DNA of 64,000 nucleotides from positions 11,445 through 75,444 of the forward strand of contig JAZQWJ010000075.1 in NCBI GenBank assembly GCA_045632285.1, read 5' to 3'. Below the pieces are notes generated by a model. It saw only the letters and a list, made by a program, of their open reading frames with translations, was not told the DNA's origin and did no database searches. This document shows, in pieces, positions 8,851 to 17,967 of this stretch. Every line of letters begins with the position of its first letter. The first letter of the stretch is position 1. Position numbers and translations under genes: made by a program. The stretch is from Eubacteriales bacterium. Its GTDB lineage: Bacteria > Bacillota > Clostridia > Oscillospirales > CAG-272.

Positions 8851-10176
8851 TTATTTTACAAATTCCTTAAAGATGGCAGAAAGTGCGACTTCATAAGAGT
8901 CTTCGTCTACACCCAAAATGATGTTCAGCTCGCTGGAGCCCTGATCGATCATGCGGATGTTGACGCCGGCAGCGGAAACGGCATTGAACACACGTGCCGC
9001 GGTGCCCTTGGCCTTTACCATACCGCGACCCACCACGGCGATCAGGCACAGACCGTCCAAGATCTCTACGTGATCGGCACGCACAAGGCGGCTGATAGAG
9101 TTGATGATGCGCTCGCGGCGTCCCTCAAGAGCCTGCGTAGATACGATAATGCTCATCGTATCAATGCCGGAAGGAAGGTGCTCAAAGGAAATGCCGTGAT
9201 CCTCCAGGATCTCCAGCACGCGGCGGCCAAAGCCAACCTCGGAGTTCATCATATCCTTTTCAATGTGGATGACAGAAAAGCCCTTTTTACCTGCAACACC
9301 GGTGATGATGCGGCGTGCGTCATAGCCGGTGGCATTGGAAACGATCATAGTGCCCGCATCACCGGGGGCGTTGGTGTTTCTGATGTTGATCGGGATATCG
9401 GCATAGCGCACGGGGAAGATCGCCTCGTCGTGCAGTACCGTAGCGCCCATATAAGAAAGCTCGCGAAGCTCGCGGTAGGTGATGGTCTCAATGGGGGGAG
9501 GATTATCGACCACGCGGGGGTCGGCCATCAAAAAGCCGGAAACGTCGGTCCAGTTTTCATACAGGTCGGCTTTGGCGGCACGGGCAACGATAGAGCCGGT
9601 GATGTCAGAGCCACCGCGGGAGAAGGTTTTGATGGTGCCGTTGGGCATTGAGCCGTAAAAGCCGGGAATAACGGCATATTCGTACTTTTTCAGCTCCTCG
9701 GCAAGGATGGTGTTGGTGCGCTCTTCGTCAAAGGTGCCGTTCTCGCGGAAAAAGATCACGCTTTCGGCATCGATAAAGGAAAAGCCCAGATATTTTGCCA
9801 GGATCAAGCTGTTCAGGTACTCACCTCTGGAGGCGGCGTAGTCACGGCCGGAGGCGTGCGACATAGCATTTTTCACATAGGTCAGTTCACCGGAAATGTC
9901 AAAGTCAAGGCCCAGATCCCTGATGATACCGTTGTAGCGGTCACGAATGTTGTTGTAATAAGCGTCAATGGCATCGGCGGGGTCGTGTGCTTTTATCATT
10001 TCATAGCAATGATACAGCATATCGGTGACCTTGATGTCATCCTTAAAGCGCTTGCCGGGGGCAGAGGCTACGACATAGCGGCGGGAGGGGTCGGATTTGA
10101 TGATCTCCGCAACCTTTTTGAACTGTTCTGCATCGGCCAGCGAGCTGCCGCCGAATTTTACAACCTTAGTCAACAT
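8851..10176 (-). CDS. lysC: aspartate kinase
   Basis: 441 aa with the N-terminal KFGGSSLADAE kinase motif. Length and layout fit a monofunctional aspartokinase with a C-terminal regulatory region. Confidence 0.88.
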   Translation of the reverse strand: MLTKVVKFGGSSLADAEQFKKVAEIIKSDPSRRYVVASAPGKRFKDDIKVTDMLYHCYEMIKAHDPADAIDAYYNNIRDRYNGIIRDLGLDFDISGELTYVKNAMSHASGRDYAASRGEYLNSLILAKYLGFSFIDAESVIFFRENGTFDEERTNTILAEELKKYEYAVIPGFYGSMPNGTIKTFSRGGSDITGSIVARAAKADLYENWTDVSGFLMADPRVVDNPPPIETITYRELRELSYMGATVLHDEAIFPVRYADIPINIRNTNAPGDAGTMIVSNATGYDARRIITGVAGKKGFSVIHIEKDMMNSEVGFGRRVLEILEDHGISFEHLPSGIDTMSIIVSTQALEGRRERIINSISRLVRADHVEILDGLCLIAVVGRGMVKAKGTAARVFNAVSAAGVNIRMIDQGSSELNIILGVDEDSYEVALSAIFKEFVK

Positions 10177-10313
10177 AAAAAACTCCTTGAGCTACTAAAA
10201 TGTTCAAAATTGAATTATATTTTATTATAAGATTAAAATGGGGGATGTGTCAAGGGGTACGCGGCATTTTTTTGAAAATTAATTACAAATTTTGACGCGA
10301 AAGTACGTAGGTG

Positions 10314-10342
10314 TTGACAATTTGTCGTTTCAATGCTATAAT
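10314..10342 (+). promoter_or_regulatory. sigma-A-type promoter for the 10376 gene
   Basis: TTGACA at 10314-10319, a 17-nt spacer, and TATAAT at 10337-10342. Confidence 0.65.
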
Positions 10343-10375
10343 AATGCGGTATCCGATACAAAGGGGGAACTAAAA

Positions 10376-11347
10376 ATGCTTTTACACGTTACGCATCAAA
10401 AAAGATGCATAGCCGCATTGCTTGCCGCTCTTTTGCTGATCTGCGCTTTTGCGATCACGATTGGAGCCGAGGAAAGCACACAGCCCACAGAGAAAAGGAT
10501 CTCGCTGGTCTATAACGGCGACGAGGTCATCGATCTTACCAAACATTTCGAGCACGTTGATGGTGCCGTCTACACGTGTGCGCCCAATTCCGGTGTTGAA
10601 GAGCATTTTGAATTGAATGGCACGGGTCTTGTTGTCAAGGTGCCGGGCGGCTTTCGTATAGAGCAAGACGTCAATGGCGTCAAGCAGCGCGTGATGCTGT
10701 TTGTGCAGCGTGTTTTAACGGTTTCCGTTAAGGATCAGGCCATGGGGGTCGGAAAGCTGCCTGTTTCATCTGTAGAGGGCATTGCTGCAGCGGGACTTGC
10801 AGAGGGACATACCGTGGCTGCTGTGGAGCTGTCTGTCGCGCCTGCTGAGATCATTGGCTTTCACGACCGTATCACGGTCAAGGCGATCACCGTTACAAGC
10901 GGTGAGGAAGATGTGACCGACCAGTACCGCGTGGAAAGCGTGGATGGCGACCTTCACAGCTTTTCTACCGAATGGGGCAACGACGAGGGGCAGCACTTCC
11001 ACGTCTGCTCTGCTCTTACTTGCGAGCTGCAGTTCAATGCAGCACCGCACGATTTCAAGGCTGATTGTGACGGATTTTGTGACGTATGCCTTTTGAAGCG
11101 TGATGCCGCCGAGCATAGCTGGAGCAGTGCTCTGATCACCAAGGAGGCCACCGAAGAAAGCGTTGGCGAGCGCATTTACATCTGCCGCTATTGCGATGCC
11201 GTGCGCACCGAGGTCATTCCGCTGGTCGAGCCCGTTTCTGTCGGTGTTATCATTGCCGTGGTCGCTATTTGTGCGGCTGTCTTTGGGGTGCTGGCCTATT
11301 TTGCGGTGCGTGCCCTTATGCGTGATCCTGCCGGCAAGTCCGAATAA
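10376..11347 (+). CDS. secreted, C-terminally membrane-anchored protein with Cys/His-rich module (function unknown)
   Basis: Start at MLLHVTHQKRCIAALLAALLLICAF (signal-like) with GGGGGA upstream. There is a C-terminal TM segment (VGVIIAVVAICAAVFGVLAYFAV). The Cys-rich stretch is HFHVCSALTC...CDGFCDVC...YICRYCDAVRTEVIP. Confidence 0.7.
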   Translation: MLLHVTHQKRCIAALLAALLLICAFAITIGAEESTQPTEKRISLVYNGDEVIDLTKHFEHVDGAVYTCAPNSGVEEHFELNGTGLVVKVPGGFRIEQDVNGVKQRVMLFVQRVLTVSVKDQAMGVGKLPVSSVEGIAAAGLAEGHTVAAVELSVAPAEIIGFHDRITVKAITVTSGEEDVTDQYRVESVDGDLHSFSTEWGNDEGQHFHVCSALTCELQFNAAPHDFKADCDGFCDVCLLKRDAAEHSWSSALITKEATEESVGERIYICRYCDAVRTEVIPLVEPVSVGVIIAVVAICAAVFGVLAYFAVRALMRDPAGKSE

Positions 11348-11381
11348 ATCCAAAAGCAAAAACATATCATAAATATACTGC

Positions 11382-11425
11382 AAAGAGGATGGAGAGCATT
11401 TAAACTCTCCATCCTCTTTGTTTAT
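11382..11425 (+). terminator. rho-independent terminator
   Basis: 15-bp stem aaagaggatggagag / ctctccatcctcttt followed by a T-rich tail. Confidence 0.7.
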
Positions 11426-11450
11426 CTCTGTTTTTTGTCCCGTTGGGGGG

Positions 11451-12464
11451 TTAAATCTGAATATCGGCGGGCTTATAGGCAGCGGAATAGGCGTGCTTGC
11501 CGCTTGCGTCCTTGACCTCAAAGCGGAAATAACGCCCAAAGCATTCGGGGCGGTAAGCAAAGCGCGCTTCGCATACGGGGCCGTCTGCGTTGGTGCCCTT
11601 GTGATTGCAATAACGCCCCTCGCTCATCATCGTAATGCTAACAGCAGGGGAGGTCTTGATCACGATCTCGCCATTCTCAATATAAAGCTCCTTGATCTCG
11701 GGGCCGTTCGATGCATAGCAGTCGCCGCGCTTATATGCGGCGATCAAGGCGTCGTAGGAAAGCTCCGGGGCCTTGATCATCGTCCAGGCGTGGCCAAGAT
11801 CCCAAGTGTTGTGATTATCGTCACCACCGTTGGGGACGATGCTCATTCCTGCGCGCAGCATCTGCTCGTAGTGGATAGAGGTGTTGTCGTTGAGAATGCG
11901 ACAGCCACCGTTGATGGCTTCAATGGCAAACAGACCGTCCAGCCCCACGTAGTCGGCAGGCCCCTGCAAAGACCACTGGGGGTGATTGTAGGTCACAAGA
12001 AATCCACCGGCACTGACGTCCTTGATAAATTGGTTGACCCAATTCTTGTCATATTGCGTGGCATCGATCGTGTCATTGGGGTCAAAAACGCCTTTTTCCT
12101 TTGCCCAACGGCGGGCGTCACCGGGCATAGAGGGGTTCTCGGTGTAATAGCGCGGCATCCTGCGGATATCCTGCCGTTCGGCAACCATATTCAGGTGGTA
12201 GACCGGCATAAAAATACCGGTGCCCTTGGTGATATCCTGCTTAATGGCCACCTCATAGCCGTGCAGCGCAATAAAGCCTTCGTCGCACAGCTCCTCGTGG
12301 CCGATCAGCACCTCGTGATCGGTATAGCAAACGGCACTGTATCCGTGGGATTTGTACCAATCCTTGACTGCCTCAGGGGACATATGACCGTCCGAAATAT
12401 CGGTGTGGCAGTGCATATTGACCTTGTAAAACTCACCCCGTTCGGGGATCAGATCGTATTTCAT
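11451..12464 (-). CDS. PHP-domain metallophosphoesterase
   Basis: 337 aa from MKYDLIPERGEFYKVNMHCHTDISDGH (PHP motif I). Later TDHE and GGDDNHN metal-ligand-like motifs are present. Confidence 0.75.
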   Translation of the reverse strand: MKYDLIPERGEFYKVNMHCHTDISDGHMSPEAVKDWYKSHGYSAVCYTDHEVLIGHEELCDEGFIALHGYEVAIKQDITKGTGIFMPVYHLNMVAERQDIRRMPRYYTENPSMPGDARRWAKEKGVFDPNDTIDATQYDKNWVNQFIKDVSAGGFLVTYNHPQWSLQGPADYVGLDGLFAIEAINGGCRILNDNTSIHYEQMLRAGMSIVPNGGDDNHNTWDLGHAWTMIKAPELSYDALIAAYKRGDCYASNGPEIKELYIENGEIVIKTSPAVSITMMSEGRYCNHKGTNADGPVCEARFAYRPECFGRYFRFEVKDASGKHAYSAAYKPADIQI

Positions 12465-12468
12465 AGCG

Positions 12469-14415
12469 TTAAAAGCCTTTCTGTTCCTTGTGTTTTTGCT
12501 CTTCCAGATAGCGCTCGGCCTGGGTATTAAACAACAGGGCATATTTGCCGTTTCGCTCCATCAGCTCGCGGTGATTGCCCTCTTCTGCAACGCGGCCGTT
12601 TTCCAGTACAACGATCTTGCTGGCAACGGTAGCGCTGGATAGACGGTGCGAAACAAAAATGGCGGTCTTGTCTCCTCGCAGCTCGTCAAAGCGCTCAAAG
12701 ATCTCCTTTTCGGCAAGAGGATCCAATGAAGCAGTGGGCTCGTCCAAAATCAAAATATCAGCATCGCTGTAAAAGGCGCGCGCTACCGACAGCTTTTGCC
12801 ATTGGCCGATCGAAAGCTCTGTGCCGTCTCGGTCAAAATAGCGCATCAACTGGGTCTCATAGCCGTGCTTCAGGCCCTCTGCCACGTGGTCGGCACCCGA
12901 TTGAGCTGCTGCCCGTTGCAGGGCTGTTCCGTCATCGGCCTTTTTTAAATCACCAAAGCGGATGTTGTCGGCAAAGCTGACCGCGTATTTTCCAAAGTCC
13001 TGAAAGATCAGGCCGTAAAGGCGGTAAAGCTCTTTGACGTCATAGTCACGCAGATCCTTGCCATCCAGCAGGATCTCGCCCTCGGTGGGGTCGTAAAGCC
13101 TTGTCAGTAGCTTGATCAGCGTGGTCTTTCCCGCACCGTTCAGGCCAACCAAGGCCACGGTCTCGCCCGGGCGCAGGGTCAGATTGATGTCGTGCAATAC
13201 GGGGCGGTCGGTGCCGGGATAGGAAAAGCCGACGTGGCGCAGCTCGATGGTGTGCGCAATGCCGCGGCTTGGCAGAGCGGGGGGATCGATGCGCGGGATC
13301 ACTGTAGGCTCCTCACGCAAAAAGGATAGCAGGTTGTCAATAAACAGGGTGCCCTCGTAGATGGTGGCCGATGTGGTGATCAGCGTTGCCACTCCTGAGG
13401 CGATAGAGGTCAGCGCACCGGTGTAAAGTGAGTAATCACCGATCTGATATTCGCCGTTGAATACGCCCCAAGCGATCATCGCAAAGAATACGCAATTGAC
13501 CACAGAGGTCAGGATCGCCAACAGGATCTGCCACAGATTTTCGCGGATGATCAGCCCCTTCAGTCCCTTGTAATAGCGCTCAAATACCGTATCATAGCGG
13601 TCGATCAGCTCATCGCCCAGATCAAAGATGCGGATCTCCTTTGCCAGATCCTTGTTGACTGCGAGGTCAGAAAAATAACTCATTTGTCTGCGGTCAGAGG
13701 AGCGGCGGCGGATATAAGAAAAGGTGCGTCGGCGGTAAACGAAATTGATGATGGTAGAAGGGATCGAAACCACGATCATGATCAGGGTCGCCAAGGGAAG
13801 GGCCTGTCCCAAAATGATGATGTAGCCCACAAGTGAGATCAGCGCACTGATCACGTCAAAGGTGGAGTTCAAAATGTTGATGGGGCGGTTCCCGGCCTCG
13901 CGGTTGGCGTTTTCCAGCTTTTCGTAAAAGCCGGGCAGATCAAAAGAGGCCAGGTCAAGCTCCTGCGCCTTGCGCATAATGCGGATGCGCACGTGGCGCA
14001 CCACGCGCTCTCCCGCAATGCGGTTGACTGCATGGGACAAGCGCCCTACCACCTTGGAAAGGATCTTGTAAATAAAGAACCAGATCAAAAGCAGCAGCAC
14101 CATCGAGCCCCAAAAGGCGGTCTTTTCAAAGTGCTTGCCCAGCGCGGTCTCGGTGATCACGCCCTGCAGCTCGTTTAGGATCTCTTTAGAGAGTAGCGCG
14201 CCCACAAGGGGCATCAGACCGTTGAACAGAGCCACAAAGGACATCAAAAACAAAAATATGGGACCGCTTTGCCACACTAAACTGAAAATATAGAAAAGGC
14301 GGCCAAAAAAACCGCCAAGCAGCCGCGTAAGATAGCGGGGCAGCTCCTTGACAGAGCGCGGTGGCGGAAGTCTGTCATATTGGTATTGTCCCGGAGGCGT
14401 GGGGGAGATCGGCAT
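12469..14415 (-). CDS. ABC exporter, fused permease/ATPase (MsbA-like type I)
   Basis: 648 aa from MPISPTPPG, with AGGAG upstream. N-terminal TM domain, Walker A GLNGAGKTTL, signature LSIGQWQKLSVARA and Walker B ILILDEPT. The stop lies 4 nt before the PHP gene start. Confidence 0.9.
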   Translation of the reverse strand: MPISPTPPGQYQYDRLPPPRSVKELPRYLTRLLGGFFGRLFYIFSLVWQSGPIFLFLMSFVALFNGLMPLVGALLSKEILNELQGVITETALGKHFEKTAFWGSMVLLLLIWFFIYKILSKVVGRLSHAVNRIAGERVVRHVRIRIMRKAQELDLASFDLPGFYEKLENANREAGNRPINILNSTFDVISALISLVGYIIILGQALPLATLIMIVVSIPSTIINFVYRRRTFSYIRRRSSDRRQMSYFSDLAVNKDLAKEIRIFDLGDELIDRYDTVFERYYKGLKGLIIRENLWQILLAILTSVVNCVFFAMIAWGVFNGEYQIGDYSLYTGALTSIASGVATLITTSATIYEGTLFIDNLLSFLREEPTVIPRIDPPALPSRGIAHTIELRHVGFSYPGTDRPVLHDINLTLRPGETVALVGLNGAGKTTLIKLLTRLYDPTEGEILLDGKDLRDYDVKELYRLYGLIFQDFGKYAVSFADNIRFGDLKKADDGTALQRAAAQSGADHVAEGLKHGYETQLMRYFDRDGTELSIGQWQKLSVARAFYSDADILILDEPTASLDPLAEKEIFERFDELRGDKTAIFVSHRLSSATVASKIVVLENGRVAEEGNHRELMERNGKYALLFNTQAERYLEEQKHKEQKGF

Positions 14416-14553
14416 AGGCGCGACTCCTTTCCTGTTGATTTTATTTATTATAACATAATTTCGTGTCTTGTGCAAGATTTTTTCACGATATGCTTGATTT
14501 GGAGAAGATTTAATGCTAAAATAAGGTATAACCCTTGAAAGTGAGGAAAAACG

Positions 14554-15810
14554 ATGGCTGCATATTTTTTGCCGGCAGATATCCTTCTGCCCGATTTTAA
14601 TAAAATAAACGGCACCGCGTGGTCGGTGGTCGCCTGCGATCAGTATACCAGCGAGCCCGACTATTGGCAAGAGGTAGAGGGCAAGATCGGAGAGACGCCC
14701 TCTACGCTGCGTATGATCCTACCGGAGGTCTATCTTGATGAAAGTGAGGAGCGCGTGCCCGCTATTCATGCCGCGATGGAGCAATACGAAAAGGACGTGC
14801 TGCTGCGGCACCCGGGCAGTATGATCTATCTGGAGCGCACCCAATCCAACGGCAGGGTGCGCCGCGGTCTGATCGGCGTGATCGATCTGGAGCAATACGA
14901 TTATAACAAGGGCTCCTGCTCCTTGATCCGTGCCACCGAGGGGACTGTGCTTGAGCGCATTCCGCCAAGATTGGCCGTGCGCCGCAACGCGATGCTGGAG
15001 TTGCCCCACGTTATGCTGCTGATCGACGATCCCGAAGGGACGGTGATCGAGCCCATTGCCGCCCGTGCCGAAACGCTTGAAACCGCCTACAGCTTTCCGT
15101 TGATGCAGAAGGGCGGCTCGGTGGTGGGCCGTGTGGTGGATAGTGTTGGCATTGGCCGCATCACCAATGCGTTGGAAAAGCTGATCGCGCCCGACCGCAT
15201 CCGCGCAAGATACGGAGAGGGGGTCGCCCCCTTGCTGTTTGCGGTGGGAGACGGCAATCATTCCTTGGCAACAGCCAAGGCTGCCTACGAGGAGATCAAG
15301 GCCGCCCACGGAGAAAGCGCCCTGTTCCACCCCGCTCGCTATGCGCTTGTCGAGGTGGTCAATCTCCACGACGAGGCGCTGCACTTTGAGCCCATCTATC
15401 GCGTGATGTTCAACGTCGATCCGGATGACGTTTTGGCAAATCTGGAGAAATATTCCTTCGAATTGAGCGGAAGCTCCAAGCCTCAGCAGGCGCGTTTCCT
15501 ATCCGCCGGCAGACGTGGCACCATCCACTTCGGCGCGCCGTCCGAGCAGCTTGTGGTCGGCACGCTGCAAGCCTTTATTGACGGGTATCTGGCCGAGCAT
15601 CCCGAGGCTTCGGTGGATTATATCCACGGCGCCAAGAGCGTCGAGGCACTGGCAATGCGCGAGCGCTCGGTCGGTTTTTTGTTTGCGGGTATGGAAAAGG
15701 ACGAGCTGTTTTCCGCCGTTATGCGTGACGGCGCCTTGCCGCGCAAGACCTTTTCAATGGGAGCCGCTGCCGACAAACGCTTTTATCTGGAGTGCAGACG
15801 GATCCGCTAA
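14554..15810 (+). CDS. DUF1015-family protein
   Basis: 418 aa with the characteristic VVACDQYTSEPDYW motif near the N-terminus. Confidence 0.75.
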   Translation: MAAYFLPADILLPDFNKINGTAWSVVACDQYTSEPDYWQEVEGKIGETPSTLRMILPEVYLDESEERVPAIHAAMEQYEKDVLLRHPGSMIYLERTQSNGRVRRGLIGVIDLEQYDYNKGSCSLIRATEGTVLERIPPRLAVRRNAMLELPHVMLLIDDPEGTVIEPIAARAETLETAYSFPLMQKGGSVVGRVVDSVGIGRITNALEKLIAPDRIRARYGEGVAPLLFAVGDGNHSLATAKAAYEEIKAAHGESALFHPARYALVEVVNLHDEALHFEPIYRVMFNVDPDDVLANLEKYSFELSGSSKPQQARFLSAGRRGTIHFGAPSEQLVVGTLQAFIDGYLAEHPEASVDYIHGAKSVEALAMRERSVGFLFAGMEKDELFSAVMRDGALPRKTFSMGAAADKRFYLECRRIR

Positions 15811-15814
15811 AAAT

Positions 15815-15855
15815 AAAAGCTCCGCCCCACGTGATTTCACGGGGGCGGAGCTTTT
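15815..15855. terminator. bidirectional rho-independent terminator
   Basis: Stem aaaagctccgcccc / ggggcggagctttt with A/T runs on both sides. It sits between convergent genes. Confidence 0.75.
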
Positions 15856-15858
15856 GCG

Positions 15859-16791
15859 TTACAGTAGGATAAAGCCAACCACAGAAAGGATCAGGCAGAT
15901 CAAAACAGGGGGGTCAAGAAGGGCATCCAGCGTGGTATAAAACTGCACGTTATAGGGCACGCTTCGGCGTGGATCGCGTCGCCCGCTTTGCTCACGCAGG
16001 CGGTAGATGCGCGCGCCCGTTCCAAAGAAAATGACAAGCGAGAGCAGCAGCACCACTGCAAGCGAAAACACAAAAAGGGCCGTGCCGCCGGTGATGCGAT
16101 AAAAGGCGTTGAGGTAGGATTGGCCAAACAGCGAAAACACGTTATAGCAAACGTGCAGCAGGATGGTGGCGATCAGCGAATCGGTGGCATACAGCACCAG
16201 CGCAAGCAGCAAGCCGGAAAACAGATAAACAGGCAGATTGCGCAGATCAAAGTGGCACAGGGCAAACAGCAATGCGCTCATCAGGGCGCCGCGCACTGCA
16301 CCGCGCCGCTCGTATTCGGTGATCACGATCCCGCGGAAGAAAAGCTCCTCCAGCACGGCGGGGGCGATCGCCAGTATCAAAACCGACATCACGGTGTCAA
16401 AGGTGCCTCCCATGCCAAGCCCCTCAAAAGCGGTGGCGCTGTTACCAAGCGTGCTTGTGCCGTCAAAGGGGAGGGATAACAGCATACAGCCTGCCAGCAT
16501 CGCAAAAAATGCCGCGATCAAAAATGGGATCTGTGTGGCGCGCGGTGCCCTCAAGCGCAATGCGCGTGTATAGCCGTTGCCGCGAATGCTCCAAAAAACA
16601 ACCGTTGGCAGCAGCAGTGTGACCGCGATGGGCAGCAGCTTGAACCAATAGGTGGCGGGCAGCGAAAAACGATCAAACAACAGGTGAGAAAGAAATAAAA
16701 GTGCGAAAACGGCAAGAAGCGGGTAGCCCACGATCAGCCGTTCGCGGCGATAGCGCGGACGCTCCGGGATCAGGTTAGCCATAGATCGCAA
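15859..16791 (-). CDS. CPBP-family (CAAX/Abi) intramembrane metalloprotease
   Basis: Polytopic protein with the conserved LEELFFRG motif and a later ALCHF motif. Confidence 0.8.
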   Translation of the reverse strand: MRSMANLIPERPRYRRERLIVGYPLLAVFALLFLSHLLFDRFSLPATYWFKLLPIAVTLLLPTVVFWSIRGNGYTRALRLRAPRATQIPFLIAAFFAMLAGCMLLSLPFDGTSTLGNSATAFEGLGMGGTFDTVMSVLILAIAPAVLEELFFRGIVITEYERRGAVRGALMSALLFALCHFDLRNLPVYLFSGLLLALVLYATDSLIATILLHVCYNVFSLFGQSYLNAFYRITGGTALFVFSLAVVLLLSLVIFFGTGARIYRLREQSGRRDPRRSVPYNVQFYTTLDALLDPPVLICLILSVVGFILL

Positions 16792-17353
16792 TTTCTCCTT
16801 TCTCTGTCAATATGTGATCGACCTTTTGGTCGTGTGCCTCGTTGGGCAACGTGTCAAATACCAAGCGGTCGTAAACGGGGAACAATGTGGTTCCCTCAAA
16901 GCTTGATAAAAAGCGGTCGTAAAAGCCGCCGCCATAGCCAAGGCGTGTTCCGTTCCTGCCTGCAGCAAGCCCCGGGAGCAGGCAAAGCGTTCGTGCCGTT
17001 GCGTGCGCAAGCGGCGCATCGGGTGTGGGTGCGGGAATGCCAAACCGGTCCGGGGAAAGGTCGTTTACCCCCTCAACGGTATGAAAAAACATCTCTTTTC
17101 CCACGCAACGGGGGAACGCCGTGGCAATGCCGCGCTCTTTTGCCGACTGTAAAAGCGCCGTCAGATCCGGCTCACCGCGCACAGCAAAAAAGCACAGGAT
17201 CAGGTCGGCCTTGGCAAATGCGGGGTGGGCTGCGATGGCGCTGCACAGCGCTGCGTCGTCCAACGCCTTTTGCGTGGGGGTAACGTCGGCACGTATGGCG
17301 GCACAGCGTGTGCGCCAAGCGTGCTTGGTATCCTTGTCGGCGGTCACCGGCAT
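16775..17353 (-). CDS. 5-formyltetrahydrofolate cyclo-ligase
   Basis: 192 aa with the LGYGGGFYDRFL signature. Confidence 0.85.
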   Translation of the reverse strand: MPVTADKDTKHAWRTRCAAIRADVTPTQKALDDAALCSAIAAHPAFAKADLILCFFAVRGEPDLTALLQSAKERGIATAFPRCVGKEMFFHTVEGVNDLSPDRFGIPAPTPDAPLAHATARTLCLLPGLAAGRNGTRLGYGGGFYDRFLSSFEGTTLFPVYDRLVFDTLPNEAHDQKVDHILTEKGEIAIYG

Positions 17354-17883
17354 TGCAGACTGCCGCGCAGACGCTCTGCGGTTGCGGCATCGGTCATTGC
17401 CTCTACCAGCTTTAATCCAAATTCCAAAGCCACGCCCATACCTGCGGCGGTGATGATCTTGCCGTCGCGCACCACCTTTTGGTGAGAAATGCGGGCACCC
17501 GTCAGCTCGTTTTCAAAGCCGGGATAGCAAATGGCTTCCTTGCCGTTCAACACACCGCGCTTGCCCAAAACAAATGGGGCGGCACAAATGGCGGCAATAT
17601 AGGCATCCTTCCGCAAGGCGGCCTTGATGGCGGCATCTACCGTGCGGCTGGCGTCCAGATTTTTAGAGCCGGGCATACCGCCGGGCAAAATGATCATGTC
17701 GGGGGCGTTATCGGCGTAAAGCCCGTCGGGAATGTCGGCCTGTACGGTGATGCCGTGGGAGCCGGTGATCATTTCACCTCCAATGCCCACGGTGGTGACC
17801 TCAAGCCCTGCACGACGCAACAGATCTAAGGGGCAAAGTGCCTCGATCTCCTCAAAGCCGTTAGCTAAAAACAGATAGATCAT
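17344..17883 (-). CDS. DJ-1/PfpI family protein
   Basis: 179 aa with the nucleophile-elbow region AAICAAPFVLG. Confidence 0.85.
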   Translation of the reverse strand: MIYLFLANGFEEIEALCPLDLLRRAGLEVTTVGIGGEMITGSHGITVQADIPDGLYADNAPDMIILPGGMPGSKNLDASRTVDAAIKAALRKDAYIAAICAAPFVLGKRGVLNGKEAICYPGFENELTGARISHQKVVRDGKIITAAGMGVALEFGLKLVEAMTDAATAERLRGSLQCR

Positions 17884-17892
17884 AAATACCTC

Positions 17893-17967
17893 TTATCTTC
17901 TGCGCAAAACAAATACAACTGTGGCAACAACGGCCAATGCGGCTGCTGCAATGATCACCCAAGTCAT
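17893..17967 (-). CDS. candidate 24-aa hydrophobic micro-protein
   Basis: Sequence MTWVIIAAAALAVVATVVFVLRRR*. Its ATG overlaps the hisS stop (ATGA) and its stop is 9 nt before the DJ-1 ATG. There is no homology evidence. Confidence 0.3.
   Translation of the reverse strand: MTWVIIAAAALAVVATVVFVLRRR

Noticed and set aside
10177-10290. Possible lysine riboswitch upstream of aspartate kinase, and an S-box or T-box upstream of metF (30373-30444).
   Set aside because: The leaders are only about 70-110 nt, AT-rich, and contain just promoter-like hexamers. None of the conserved L-box or S-box helices or core sequences are visible.
10316-10326. The GACAA-T-TTGTC palindrome overlapping the -35 of the 10376 gene, as an operator.
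   Set aside because: It is short (5-1-5), a single copy, and largely a consequence of the TTGACA hexamer itself.
11451-12464. The PHP-domain protein as the missing histidinol-phosphate phosphatase of the his pathway.
   Set aside because: It lies 40 kb away in an operon with an ABC exporter. It is longer (337 aa) than typical HisK-type PHP phosphatases, and its motif spacing looks like a generic PHP/CehA-like hydrolase. There is no positive evidence.
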